In this document: positions 25,685-38,558 of the stretch, one piece after another
Numbering within the stretch: position 1 is the first letter of the stretch
Layout: each line of letters begins with the position of its first letter
DNA from: Convolutriloba macropyga
Taxonomy: Eukaryota
Direction of reading: 5' to 3'
Assembly (NCBI RefSeq): GCF_964194025.1
Contig: NC_134475.1
Coordinates: forward strand, 26,226,001 to 26,290,000
Length of the DNA: 64,000 bases
The notes under the pieces: generated by a model
Told to the model about the DNA's origin: nothing
The model's input: only the letters and a program-made list of their open reading frames with translations
Database searches by the model: none
Translations under genes and position numbers: made by a program

Positions 25685-28600
25685 TCTAATTGACAGCTGA
25701 TTATCTAAGTGTGCTTCAGAATCAAAGTTTAGTTTTGATGTTAAATATTGACTGTGTAAAACACTAAATTTAGACTAGATGCTAACAACGGTAAAGATGT
25801 AGATGATTTAATCGCCAAAACTAGTTTCTTTAGATCCTACTGTTTGACCAAAAAGAATATATGGTTAATTTGATTTGTTTTTCATATAAAGAATAGATGA
25901 GGAAAAAAGTTAAATGTACGTGGGAAATTGTAATAAAAAGAATTTATAAAAAGTGTTATTAATTTGGTTCTAAGTAGGCATATGAGCATGTGGCATCTTG
26001 AAAAAAGGAACTCATATTGACAAACAAAAAAACTCGACTATAGGAGTCTTTTAGAGTTTGATGAGTACATGCAGAGCATTGGGTTAATAGCAGTATCAAA
26101 AAGTTATATTTCTTATTAACTTTTACGTTCTGCAATTTGAAAAATAATTGCTTCCAGTTGCTTTTTATTAACCATTTTATTCAATAAGCACAAAAACGTA
26201 GGTGTTACAAAACATTTACCGTAGAAAAAAACTTTTTTTAAAAGTTTTTTTTTCAAAGAAAAAAAACTTTAAAACTTTTTTTAAAAAGAAAAAAATTTTA
26301 AAAAGATTGCTCGCATGAGACCGTGCATATAAAAGAATGTTCCAACATACTTCTCATGCTCGTCAAAATTGTTTCTTTGTTCTGAGAGGAAAATTTTTCT
26401 CTCCTATCAATTTTGTTACGCTGAAATCGAAGCAACTTTTTTCGGAGCAAGATTGTGTCTTACATTTTTGAAGGGAAATAGTGTCTTGTCCGACCAAAGC
26501 AGTTTTTCACAACGTAATTGTTTCCAACAGTATAAAGTAGCAGTTAACAGAAAATCTAAGTTGAAGAACAATCAGAAAAACACCGACAGTATTTGCGAAG
26601 GCAAATGGCTAAGATCAATTTACATAATCGAAATATCAAACAAATAAGTGACCGGACATGATCTTCAAGATTAGCTTAAGAACTTTGCAAAAACTAAAAA
26701 TTTCAAATCAATATTACAAATGGAAATTCGATTATTCTATTTTTTCCTAATTAAAAAATTCCGATTGGCAAAAATTTCACCAAACGGGATGACTCAATAA
26801 TCAAAAATTATCGTATAGACCGTTCCCAAATTGAAAAAAATCAATCAAAGCTAGAGTTGAAAAATCGCTTGAATTGTTCCCTTGTTGGCAGAAACAGTTT
26901 CTTAAAGCAATTTTCAATTCTTGCGCAACAAATTCGAACAATTTTGAATTTCATACAATTTAGTTTTAATTCGGACAAAAAACTTTTCTTTACAGTGCTA
27001 ATGCAAAAAAGTAAAAAAATTAAATTGTCAATTTTCCAATGGAATACAGAAATATTTTGTATATTAAAAAGCTCATCGCTATATAATCTGAAAACGATAT
27101 TCAATCAGTTTTTGATCATTTCAAGAAAGTATGTTATAAAATCAATCAAATAACGGAAATCTGTTGGAGATAACAAAGCTTTTTTCCTGAAATTACAGTT
27201 TATTTATGTCCTTCTGTTAAGGAATTAATGGTTTGAGTATGGACAATTTTCATTACTTTAGGTTAAATGACGTCCCATGAAGCCTTGTAAACAATCAACT
27301 GAATAGAAAATTGAGAAGACGATTTGTTCGTTCTTTCTCAAAAAAGTATTTTTTGTTTATTGTTTCTTCTACTCAAGCAAAACTGTTTTGAAAACTTCAT
27401 ACGATTTCCAACAAAGTTGCTAAGCATTTATAGGTAAATGTAAAACAATTTCGAAGCTGCTTGATGCATTAGAATCAACGATCAGAATATTGAAGTTTAA
27501 AAAAGTAGCCAAAATCCTTCTTCCTTTTATCTTAAAAATTTTGTTTTGATAACATTTTGTCATTTTCACCTCGAACAGCTGCTCGCTCAACTGAAAGACA
27601 ACTGTGCTTTTAGTTTTGGATTCGATTTGGCTAATCAAATATATTCTATTAAGTTAAAAAAAATAAACATTTCTTCTCTAGACAAGGTTGGCTCGTCTTT
27701 GAAAATTTTTCATTCCCTAATTTTATACAACTTTTCGGTGCGGGTTATGTCGGCAATCAGTCCAAAAATTTTGAAATGTAAAATATGTATTATTAAGAAA
27801 AGAAAAACTCATGCACACTTTTAAAAAATACTTCAGGTGTTTGTTTTTTAAATACTTGTTTTAATTAAATTTATTATGAAATTTTCACTTTTTAATTATG
27901 AGCAAATTTGTGTAATCTTGTGCATTTTTTAAATATATAAAATAATAACACTTTCTTAAAAATTACAGTCATATGATTTAATCTCCCAGCCCCCTCTCAA
28001 CCCTCTAAACATTTACTGTCTCCTTTTACTGTTTTCAGTCCAATTTATTTCCTCTGCGATACATGAACAGAAAATGAATACTTGACTGAAGAAAAAGAAC
28101 CGGATCGCATATTAAATCCGCCCTTTTGAAAAAAAATTTGGATCAATAAGATTGAATTATTAAGTTGATGTAAAATGTTAATATGATAATCAAAGAATGC
28201 CTAGATTGAAAGAATTCGAATTTAATTAGTTTGACTAGTTATCCAAGTCGGTTAGTTATATAATCTTTTGTGATTCGATTTCGAAGTTCAGTTTCGTTCC
28301 TCCTTTATTCGTCTATCGCTTTTGCCAGATTTTCGAAATCTAAACACATTGTGCGCCGATTCTGAACAAAACTGTAAGAACAATGAACAATATAAGAATC
28401 TAATGAACCATATAAGAATCTAAATGTACATAAGGCAAAATTCAAAGTCAAAAAGCCAAAAGTCAAAGTTAGTGTTTTTTTATTTAAAAAAATTTTCAGC
28501 AGTAACTTTTCTAAGCAATTGAAAAGACTCACGAACGAGTGAAATTAATTGGCTGAAACGATAAAAAGTAAACTGTTTTAAAAACAAAAAATAGTGCATA

Positions 28601-29321
28601 TGTACTTCCCTCGGATTATTTTCGCATCTGATTATTTTAGCAAATTAAAAAAAAAGATTGAAAACCTATCTAGACCAATTGTCTTAAAAAAACATTTCTA
28701 AAGGATGTTTGACCTGATTTATGTTTCAACAGTTTCCGCTATTTTTTTCAAAACATTCATCCATGAAAAAACATTTGAGCTATAAAAACACATCAAATTG
28801 AACTGACTAGAATTATGATGTAATCGGTACAATTATTGTTCAAAATTTTCCATGAATAGCCACATAACGGCGACAATTTCCCCCCAAAAAACACAATAAT
28901 TAAATTATTTTTTGCGGGCTTAAGAGCCGTAAAATTATACCACACATATTGACCGGGGACTCTTTCAAACCAATAGAATGAATAAACTGGGAAAAAGAGG
29001 ACCTGCAATAGAATGAATAAACTGGGAAAAAGAGGACTGGAAAAAAAACAGCTTTCATAATCTTCTTCAAATTACGTGGCAGCAATGTTATGTCGAATAG
29101 AACTATCTTTTCTTCTCAAAAGTAGTCCTAGGAGTACAATTGAATAAACATTTTGACAGAGAAAATGTTACAGGAGTGATTGAAAAAAGCCTGAAACGGG
29201 ACAAAACGGTCAGACTTTTAAGTAACTCAACTCATTCTTTCAACACTCGTAGTAGGGGTCAATTTTTAAGCCTCCCTACAAACCATGAAATTTTTTCTTA
29301 AGAACATTTGTGGATCGCATT

Positions 29322-29480
29322 CTTAGAGACTAGGAAGGCGTATGCCTCTAAGAGAATTTAATGCCCTCAGGGCGTTACTTGTTTATCCCAATATTTGAGG
29401 ACGGAAAGTCAAAAGAATCAGCCAACCGTCAAGTGAAAAATTGCATTAACAAGACCATAGGAGTATTATAATTGCTACCA
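29322..29480 (+). repeat. Dispersed repeat (second copy about 61453-61620), includes a hairpin + ACTTGTTT HINE-like end
   Basis: AGAGACTAG..CTCTAAGAGAA.TTAATGCCC..GGGCG.TAC.TGTTTATCCC...TTTGAGGACG.AAAGTCAAA shared by both copies. Confidence 0.7.
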
Positions 29481-31618
29481 ACTTCGTTTGATAGCAATGA
29501 AAATATCCCCTAGCGTAAAGCTCCTTCGAAATTTAGAAAATATGGCGTTGGGGCAAAAAGAAAAAAAACAATCTACTCTGTTTCGGACCCCCAGCTAGGC
29601 GTGCATAAAACTTAAAGCTGACAAAATCAGACTTTCGAAATCTCAATTCATTTATGCGATATAATAAGCAACACATAATGCGATAAATCGCCAAATCAAC
29701 GTATCAAGTTTTGGACAACGTAATAAGATTGTTATATAAAGCAACGTGTTCTGCAAGCAAAGGTCAACAATTCAACGTAGAAGCTGCAATACGTACATAG
29801 CAACAAGTTTTTTTTAGACGGCAAAGTCTTTTTGCTCATTTAAATGGTATCAGTCTAGCTTTGATACTTGAGATCAAAGCTGGTCACCATTCTATTCGAA
29901 ACCGTGCAAAAACCTAAAATTATTAAGTTCAAACGAGCCTTACTTGATAGGTTTATTTATTAGGTTTAACGAAATTATGTTATTTGCACCTTTTCCGAGC
30001 TTTGTACGTAAATTGGAACGATTTCTATGCGTATTTAAATACTCGATTCTGACGGGCTAAGAAAAATGACGCATTTTGGTATATTTTTCGCTTAGATTTA
30101 TTTAGTTACTAACAAAACTTTTGCACCCTCGCCACAGGCGCATGCGCTATTTTTACATGGTAAGTCAGGTTTTAAAACAACTTATCCTTTGCAATTCTGG
30201 TTTATAAAGGGCACTGAGGGTTCCGAAACAAAAATGACGATCCCAGAATCATGTTAAATTTTGAAAAGTCTAAAATATGGCCATTACAATACTGGACAAA
30301 AATATTACCTAGTGTATTTCATCCAAAATCGAAGGAGCTCGTGTTTCTTGTGTCGAAGTAAGCCTTGTGCTTCCAAAGTTCGGAATGGGGTAGAGTGCAT
30401 ACGTTAAAAAATGACATGATTATTATGCTGGGTTGACTAAAAATGAAAAATTGAAATTCTACTATTGGGTACTGATTTTACGAGTCTAATCCGGGCTGTT
30501 TGCAGTCCTATTCTGTGGTATCTAGTTTTATTATTCAAATTACTCGGTAAAAACTGAAAACAATTTGTCACTAATGATAAGTGTTACGCACTGATTTTTA
30601 TTAGTGTTCCTCGTGGTGTTATTGAGGTTTATATTAGAAGTAATTAACTTGAATAATTGGCATTTTACAAGGACTTATTTTGGTGTTTCACAGTGCGATT
30701 TTTAGCAGATATATTTTGAATAAAATTAGCTAGTAATAGCCTTTTATTGAGCGGTTCAGATGCGTGATATATCCACTAGTTTGCCTTGCATTTTAGTGTT
30801 AAGTTAGTCGCTATTTCATCTGTAACTTAGTTTATCAAACTTGGAGGTTTTCAAGTGAATTTCCAGTTCAATCTTTAGTTATTTTAGCAAGAATTGTTTA
30901 ATAATTTTAACAAGAAGTTTCTCAAGTTTTATCAAGTTTTATGAGATGATAGGCAACTGATTGTCAGGCTGGTTCTCCGGTGTTCTGTTGATAGTCGTTC
31001 CGCAGGGTTGTGCCTTGAGTTGTATTGGTCCTTCGCAAATATTTACTGATCTACAAGTTGGGCAATTTCCGGCTTTTGTACGTCTCTTGGTGTTTGTTCA
31101 GTACATATACAATTCCGTATTAGCACCTACTTTATCAGAATAATTACTTCACCAAGTACATAATCTCTCATGAAGTTATTTACTGATTATGTGAATTTAT
31201 CATCAAGAAACTCAAAAAAGTAAATATTGAGGCTTTTAGGCACTTGAAATGTTTGCTAGTAAAACTGTCAATCTGCGGTTGTTTTTCGTAAACATAAACA
31301 AATTAGAGGTTACAGGCCTAGATGGAAATACTGGCTATATATGGCCTTGAACCTAACTGAATATGAACTAATTTATAGCACTTATTTATGGCTATTTTAG
31401 GGAAAATCATCACGTAACTATGAGGGACGAAATAGGGGCGTGACAATAAGCCACAGTCAAACGACACTTTTAAGACACTATAGACCATCACCACGGACAA
31501 AGTGGCACTCCTTTATTCCAGTTATTTTACTCAGATTAGGAGGCTGCATTAATACATTAGAGAGAGAGAGAGAGGGAAAGTTTCGATAAAGACCCAACCT
31601 GAGGTGTACGCTCAAACT

Positions 31619-32440
31619 TGTCCTGATTAGACCATTTCGCGCGCATACCTGACCATTTTTTGCTCAAAATTTCAGGGCAATTTCAAGTGCAGTAGCGCAC
31701 TTGAGTCTGATCAGAGACGGATTCGAGCGCACTTGAGTCTGATCATAACCGGTTTCAAGCGCAACTGGGTCTGATCAGAAACGATATCGAACGCAAGTGG
31801 GTCTGGTCTGATCAGGGACCATTTCAAGCCTATTATTTTTTCAATTTTTGTTTTTTTTTACTGAGAGAAGTTGGCTCTACCAGAAGGCAATATTAAAGCA
31901 GCGTTCTAATCAGATACTCATCTAAATTCCAATGGCTCTGATCAGAACCAGGGGGTCCAAACGCTAGTCCAAATGCTGGATCCAAAAGCTGATATCAAAT
32001 GCGATCCCTTTTTGAGGATTTTAAATAACTGTAGATCAAGACGTTTCTTATGGATTAGCGAATATTTGTAAGACTTTACCGGTGAAATGTTTTTACCGGT
32101 GAAATGTTTTTTTAACCGCATTAACCGCATTCACTGCTAAAAGCCGCAACTATTACGAAAATTCGCGGCTTTCACCGCTAAATCCTACACTTCTAGCAAT
32201 TTTTAGCGGTGACACCTCTATCCGGGATTCTGATCAGAAGTACATTCTAGTGTAGGTGGGTCTGATCAGCTAATCAGGAACGCGGGTCTTTTTGAGCGCA
32301 CAGAAACGGTCGAGCGCACTTGAGTGTGATCAGAGACGGATTAGAACACACTTCGAGCGCATCGAAGAGTCTGATCAGAGGAATTTTCGGTCTTGTACGG
32401 TCTGATCAGAGGCACTTTCGGTCTTGTATTATCAGGACTG
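31619..32440. mobile_element. MITE-like element built from 32-bp TCTGATCAGA units
   Basis: Short TIR GTCCTGAT (31620-31627)/ATCAGGAC (32431-32438); 32-bp units start at 31694, 31726, 31758, 31790; more units at 32310-32420. Confidence 0.6.
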
Positions 32441-32577
32441 CCTCAGCCTGGGGAAGAACACAAACTACAGCTTCTTTTTACCATTAATTAAGATAATACC
32501 ATATAAGGGAAGCGAGTACAACCCTATTCATATATTAGGTATGAGAATTTTGACAAACATCGGAAGTTGAATGACAA

Positions 32578-32880
32578 TCATTTAATCAGTTTGTCAAGTT
32601 CAGATTTATTAGTTTCATCGAAGTCCCAGTTTATAACTGAGTTTGTAATGATGACCAAGACTCCACTAGCAAATAAAACGACAGCTGACCCTAACAAGTT
32701 TCCAACCAATGCATAGGGCGGTAGATACCACACTTGCTTCTTTTCATTTGCTTTGCTGTATCCGAAGGCGAGGCTTTCCGTTGCGATGCCAGAGATAACA
32801 GCAATCACCACTAATATGAAAATTGACTTCCCGAGAAAGCGATGGATGGGCAACATAAGGCGCTTGTGACTTTCAGATTG
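32578..32880 (-). CDS. Cytochrome b561 family protein, exon 3 (terminal)
   Basis: TTTCAG acceptor, phase 0; QSESHKRLMLPIHRFLGKSIF (heme His), two TM helices, TGA stop. Confidence 0.9.
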   Translation of the reverse strand, partial: QSESHKRLMLPIHRFLGKSIFILVVIAVISGIATESLAFGYSKANEKKQVWYLPPYALVGNLLGSAVVLFASGVLVIITNSVINWDFDETNKSELDKLIK

Positions 32881-33187
32881 CTGAAATGTCAACAACAAAA
32901 TTGGTTGTTATATTCTTAAAGCATCAAAACATCATTTTGATAACACGCTGGGCTTAAGAAAAAACAAGGTCGTAATATGAAGATAAATGGAAAACTTTTG
33001 CTGGCAATTTTCAAGCGTTCTGGAATCGTCCAGGTATGTCATTCAAGTTCACAGAAGCTCTCATCGGTTTTCCCAAAATTCAACGAGATTCCATTTTTTG
33101 GAATGGACACGCATAGTATCATATTATTTTCTAGTAGTGTACGATCTGTTCATCGCAAACTGCTATTGTTTGATTCTTCGAACTAAC

Positions 33188-33659
33188 TGTGATGGTTTCA
33201 AAGAAACATCAAAAAACTTAGAAGTTTTCTTTATTAAATCTTCAAATAACAAAAGAAGAACTTACCTGACGCACTTTGTTGCTATGTCGATAAATAAAGG
33301 CCAAAAAACGAAACTCAATTCTAATTTTGTTTTGGCGCTATCATTATCTTATTGACCTATCAATCATATGTCAGAAGTAACTTCTCCCACCAACAGAAAC
33401 CTGATTCTAACATCCACCGACCTCTAACTAATGAACTCGATTGTATCTAGGCCATATATGATTCTCATGAAATGTTGATGAAATTAGAAAATCATATGTC
33501 AATCATGTAACATACCTCTAGCTAATCTAAATTTTCTCTCTATATTTTCGCATAGACAAGTACTGTAAATACGAGCTAATTTTTGTATATTTTCAGTTCC
33601 AAATTTGAATTAAAATTCAACTTATTGAACTGTTTTGACCCGTGGTATCGACCACGAAA
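33188..33659 (+). repeat. Gypsy 5' LTR
   Basis: Starts TG; terminal CA mutated to AA; matches 37557-38032. Confidence 0.9.
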
Positions 33660-36600
33660 ATGGTGTTCAGACCAACTACAGACAGACAAATTTTGGATCT
33701 ACAGAATGCAGAATCAGCTATTGCGTGGATTATGTCTTTTGTGGCAAAATGTCGTGCACAGAAGAAAATAGACAAGATAAACACCGATGTTACTGTACAG
33801 GACCTACAGGTAACCAATCTCTTTCTTAGTATGAGCGGGCAAGATGCAATTTTTAAACTTAAGAGCCTAATTAGTCCTAGGAATTGAATAGAAACTCCGT
33901 AAAGAGACATCAGATTGGCGATTCAAAATTATATTTCCCCTAAAGAGAGAGTAGTAACGGCAGAAGGGCTAAGTTTATGTCCGTATACAAGGTGTAGGGA
34001 AATCAGACGACGATTTCCTAGCACGTCTTAAGGAGGAAGCACGCTAATGTGACTTCAAAAAACTCAAAACAGCGGCCAACCCCGAAGAGGAGTTGGTAAA
34101 AAAAAGTTAATCTCAGGTTTGAGGGACCCCGAGGCGAAGCTTAGGCTACTAGACGGTATTAAAGCAAAACCAGCAGTGTCGGTTACTGAAATGACCGAGA
34201 GCTTACAGTTTAAAAGTCAAGCATTGGCTTTTGCAAGTTCTTCATCAGGAAATAAGCCTTTTACTGTTAAAGAAGAAGTTGGGTTCGACTTCAAAAAAAG
34301 GACCATTCGAAAACAAAATGAAAAATTTACGGCTAATAACAGCAACAATATATGCACTAGGTGTAGAGGTAAGCGACATTCTAGTAGACCCTATTCAGCG
34401 CTAAGTATAAAGGGCAACACCTGTGAAAAGATGGGACACTTCTCAAAAATGTGTAGAAGCAAACCCCAACCAATTTCAGGAAAGTACAATAAACAGAATA
34501 ACTTTTGCGAAGAAAACAATTCTTCAGAGCAAGCATCTCCAGCATCGGAGATGGGAGTGTTTTATACCAAAGAACAAATCTTTAGCATGTCTGCGACATG
34601 GGAATATATGTCAATAAATAACTGCAAGGTAAAAATGCAAGTAGACACAGGTGCAGATAGCACAGTGATATCATCAAAAACATTGACTGAGCTTGGTAAA
34701 CGGTAAACCACAGTTAGATGGTAAAAAAAGACATTTCGAGCCTTTTGATGGTCATCAATTAACGCTTCTGGGAACACTTACTTGTGACGTAGAGTGGAAC
34801 GGAAGCAGGCTCACACAGAAAAAACCAGCAGTTGTGCAGTCTGATAAAGAATGTGGACTACTTGGTAGAGACCTTCTACCCAAGTACGGTGTGAACCACA
34901 TCACAACAGAGCACCTACCTGCTGTAAAGGGTTACAAAACTCATGTGAAGCTGTAAGGGGACAAAGCTCATATGAAGCTGTTAGAAGCACAGGATCACAG
35001 CGAGTGTTCTGCAAAGCCAGAAAAATACTTCTACCTCTTCAAGACACGGTCACAGAGAAGCTGGAACAGATGGTCAGAGAGGGCATCCTTGAACCGGTAC
35101 AGCCAGGAGGAGTCACTAATGCATCTCCAGTGGTGTGGCAGAGAAAGAAGAGTGGAGAACTGAGACTTTGCGTGGACTTGAAAGTGCATATCAATTGCAA
35201 GGTAATGGATGAGGACTACCCAATACCAGACATGGAGACAATCTTCCACAACCTACATCGGGCCTCATACTTTGGCAAAATTGACCTCTCTAGATGCCCA
35301 CTATCAAATTGAACTTGACAAGGTGGCAAAAGATATATGCACAATCAACACATCTCAGGGACTGTTCAAGATGTGCCGACTACCCCAGTGATTGAAAAAC
35401 TCGTCTTCCATCTTCCAGAATAGCCATTGAATCAACACTCAAAAGAATCAAAGGCGTTGTGATCTTTCAAGACGATGTGTCGGTCTATGGAACTACCAAG
35501 GAGTAGTTCGACGAGAGAATGCTTGCTTTCAAGAGTCGACTACGTGAGAAAAACTTTACTATTAATGAGAAAAAGTAACTCAAAACCATTCAATAGCGAT
35601 AGCTTTTTTGGGATACTCCATTTCAAAGGAGGGTATAGCACCAGATCACAAACATGTTGAAAAAACAAAAAATGCAAAAGCACCAACTAGCAACAAACAA
35701 CTTGAATCGTTCGTTGGGTTACCAAATTTTTACTGAAGAATGATTCCTGATTTTGCAAACAAGCTATCCTTAAATAACATGAGAAATAGCGATTTCTCAT
35801 GGGGCCAAATGCAACAAAAAACCTTTAAAGACATAAAAAATGAATTATGCTTTAAACCACTTGTACAGCCATATGGTTTGCAAAAAGAGGCAACAGTTAA
35901 AACTGATGCCTCTGAAAAACGCGTTGGCGGGGTTCTTTAACAAGCAGGACAACCAGTCATATATATATCGAGAAAGTTGACTCCAGCGGAGCAACACTAC
36001 TCGAACAAAAAGCGGGAAGCACTGGCAATTGTGTTTGTGGTTACAAGATTGAAGCAATTCCTTCCTGGAAGTCGATTTACCTTGCAGATGGACCACAAAC
36101 CACTCAAATACCTCTTTGCACCAGACGAAGAGATCCCGAAGACAGCACCAGCTAGAATTACCAGATGCGCAATAGCTCTAATGGGCTTCGATTATGAGTT
36201 GAAGTACACACCAGGAGAGCAGATACCCTATGCAGATGCTTTGAGCAGAATGGATTTTGACGAAGACGAATCTGACAACGATCGAGTGTGCTTCGCAATC
36301 AATAACATCTACTTCGCTTAGAGTGATTTGGTGACCCGAGCAGAAATCAAAATTGAACTTGGAACAAACAGACAATGAAAGGAATCAAAAGCGGCAATTG
36401 GAAACAATGTTTAGAAGCGGAAAAAGGATTCGATCAACACAAAGATGCACTGACCATACACAATGGAATCATCTTCAGTGGTGTTGTTCCTTGATTCCAC
36501 CCAAACTACGACACTTGGTTATGGCAAAAGTGCATGAGACTCATCCTGGGAAAATGCAACTGAGACATCAGTCAAAATGATAGCATGATGGTCTGGCATT

Positions 36601-37556
36601 ACCCAAGACGTTATTTTGTTAGTAAATTTAAGAATTGTTAAATGAACAGGCCTAACCTGGCAAAACAGTCTCTTGGTGGCGAGAAGCCTACGTTTGGGAA
36701 CGGCTCCACATGGACTGGTGTTGTGTTAAGGACCACGGAATATCTTAGTAATTGTTGACGCGGGTTCTGGTTAGATAGAAGCTTTCCCCGCGGTAAATAG
36801 AACATCAGAAACAGTTAAAGTATATCTTAGTCAAATCTTTGCAAGATTCGGAATACCAAAATTTCAGTATCTGATAATGCACCTGATTTTGTAATTGGTG
36901 ACCTTATAAGCGGTATGAATCACTGGAAATTAAGAAAATGGAATCACCCGTTTATCATCAAAGAACAAATGGACTAGCTGAACGAGCAACTCAGACAGTG
37001 AAGCGGGCACTTCAAGCATGGAGTTCCAACCTTAATATGTCAATTGGAGCATTCCTGCAAAGGGCACTGATGGCACATCACAACACTTCGAAGACGAGGA
37101 GCAAAACTCCAGCTGAAGTCCTGTTGGGACGAAAAGTTAGACTACCAGCAACAGCAGATTTCAACTTGTGCGAACCCATTCTATTCAAGGCCAATGAAAA
37201 AACAACGACAGTTCCTGCTACCTTCATCATCAAGAAAGTCTTGAACACATCTTTCATACAGCCCGAAATCTCGACACGGACTATTCTAGTATGCGAAAAC
37301 CAAATTGCGAGACTAGAAGAGGACAATGTGAAAACCGAACCAGCAGTGGAGGAGATCATATCTCAATCAAAACCACAACTTCAGAACACAGATGTGGGAC
37401 CTTCACATCAGGATGAAGCTTCTGCAGCCATATCAGCTGCAGAGCACCAACAACCCGAACCACTAGAGCCTTCACGAACATCAACAAGAAACAGAAAACA
37501 ACCCGACAGATTTGGAGAACCTATAACCACATATTTTCTTAAGAAAGGAGGGAGGA
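33660..37556 (+). pseudogene. Gypsy gag-pol with multiple stops and frameshifts
   Basis: Degenerate CCHC knuckles (CTRCRGKRH, CEKMGHFSKMC), protease MQVDTGAD, RT LRLCVDLK/FQDD, RNase H TDAS/REALAIV/DHKPL, integrase HETHPG and YHQRTNGLAERATQTVK. Confidence 0.92.
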
Positions 37557-38032
37557 TATGATGGTTTCGAAGAAAGATCAAGAAACTTAGAAGTTTTTTT
37601 ATTAAATCTTCAAAGAACAAAAGAAGAACTTACCTGACGAACTTTGTCGCTATGTCGACAAATAATGGCCACAAAACTAAACTCAATTCTAATTTTGTTT
37701 TGGCGCAATCATTATCTTATTGACCTATCAATCATATGTCAGAAGTAAATTCTCCCACCAACAGAAACCTGATTCTAACATCCACCGACCTCTAACTAAT
37801 AAACTCGATTGTATCTAGGCCATATATGATTCTCATGAAATGTTGATGAAAATAGAAAGTCACCTCCGGGATTCGGAACAAAGACCTATTCACATGTCAA
37901 TCATGTTAAATATTTTTAGCTAATCTAAATTTTCTCTGTATTTTTTTGCATAGATACGTATATTTTAAGTTTCAAATTTGATTTAATATTCAACTTATTG
38001 AATTCTTTTAACCCGTGTTATCGACCACGACA
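37557..38032 (+). repeat. Gypsy 3' LTR
   Basis: Follows the PPT; TG mutated to TA; ends CA, then TSD CTAAC. Confidence 0.9.
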
Positions 38033-38342
38033 CTAACATATGCTTTTAATGTAGAAAGCACCGCAATCGCGACGATGATCACAAGCCCGCATTTTGGGTT
38101 ATTTTTCTGAATTTCCTCGAAAAATTTAAAGAACAAGGGGATCGTCAACTGTGAAGACGTACATTTTCGTTTTAGTTTTTATAGGGAAAACAATATCCTT
38201 AAAACCGGGTTGATTGAAACTCCGAGTGCGTAATTTTAAATTTTCATTTAATGAAATCAAATTTAACAATCTTTCAGCGTTTAAAATCTCAAACTAAAAA
38301 TTAAACCGTGATTCGAAAAGGTTTGAAATGGCTGCTTTATAC

Positions 38343-38558
38343 CTGTGGAATGAGAAAAGTGATGATTCCGATTGAGAACTGAATCATGAATAAAACAATG
38401 GCTGCCGTGCCCACCCAGCTGTGTATGCTATACATGTGTTGCAAACTGATGTGCTCTTTGTAGTCGTACACTGCGTACAGACCACTGCATGTGAACAGAA
38501 TGGTGAAAGAGTGGATTGAAGTGTGCACACTTTTCACTACCACCCTTCTCAAGAGACC
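38343..38558 (-). CDS. Cytochrome b561 family protein, exon 2
   Basis: TTTTTAG acceptor; GLLRRVVVKSVHTSIH...HMYSIHSWVG (b561 SLHSW-type motif)...LIPQ|GTATAA; phase 0 at both ends. Confidence 0.9.

Larger units (their letters stand above)
33188..38032 (+). mobile_element. Full-length degenerate Ty3/Gypsy LTR retrotransposon (Mag/K02A2.6-like), antisense in cytochrome b561 intron 2
   Basis: LTRs 33188-33659 and 37557-38032; 5-bp TSD CTAAC (33183-33187 / 38033-38037); PBS-like TGGTGTTCAGA at 33661; PPT AAGAAAGGAGGGAGGA 37541-37556; domain order gag-PR-RT-RH-IN. Confidence 0.95.

Noticed and set aside
31040-31085. CPTCR RING-like peptide on the - strand
   Set aside because: Surrounded by stops; the rest of a RING pattern is absent
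31694-31830. CRISPR-like repeat/spacer array
   Set aside because: The variable parts are only about 11 nt and related to each other, the repeats are degenerate, there are no cas genes and the context is eukaryotic
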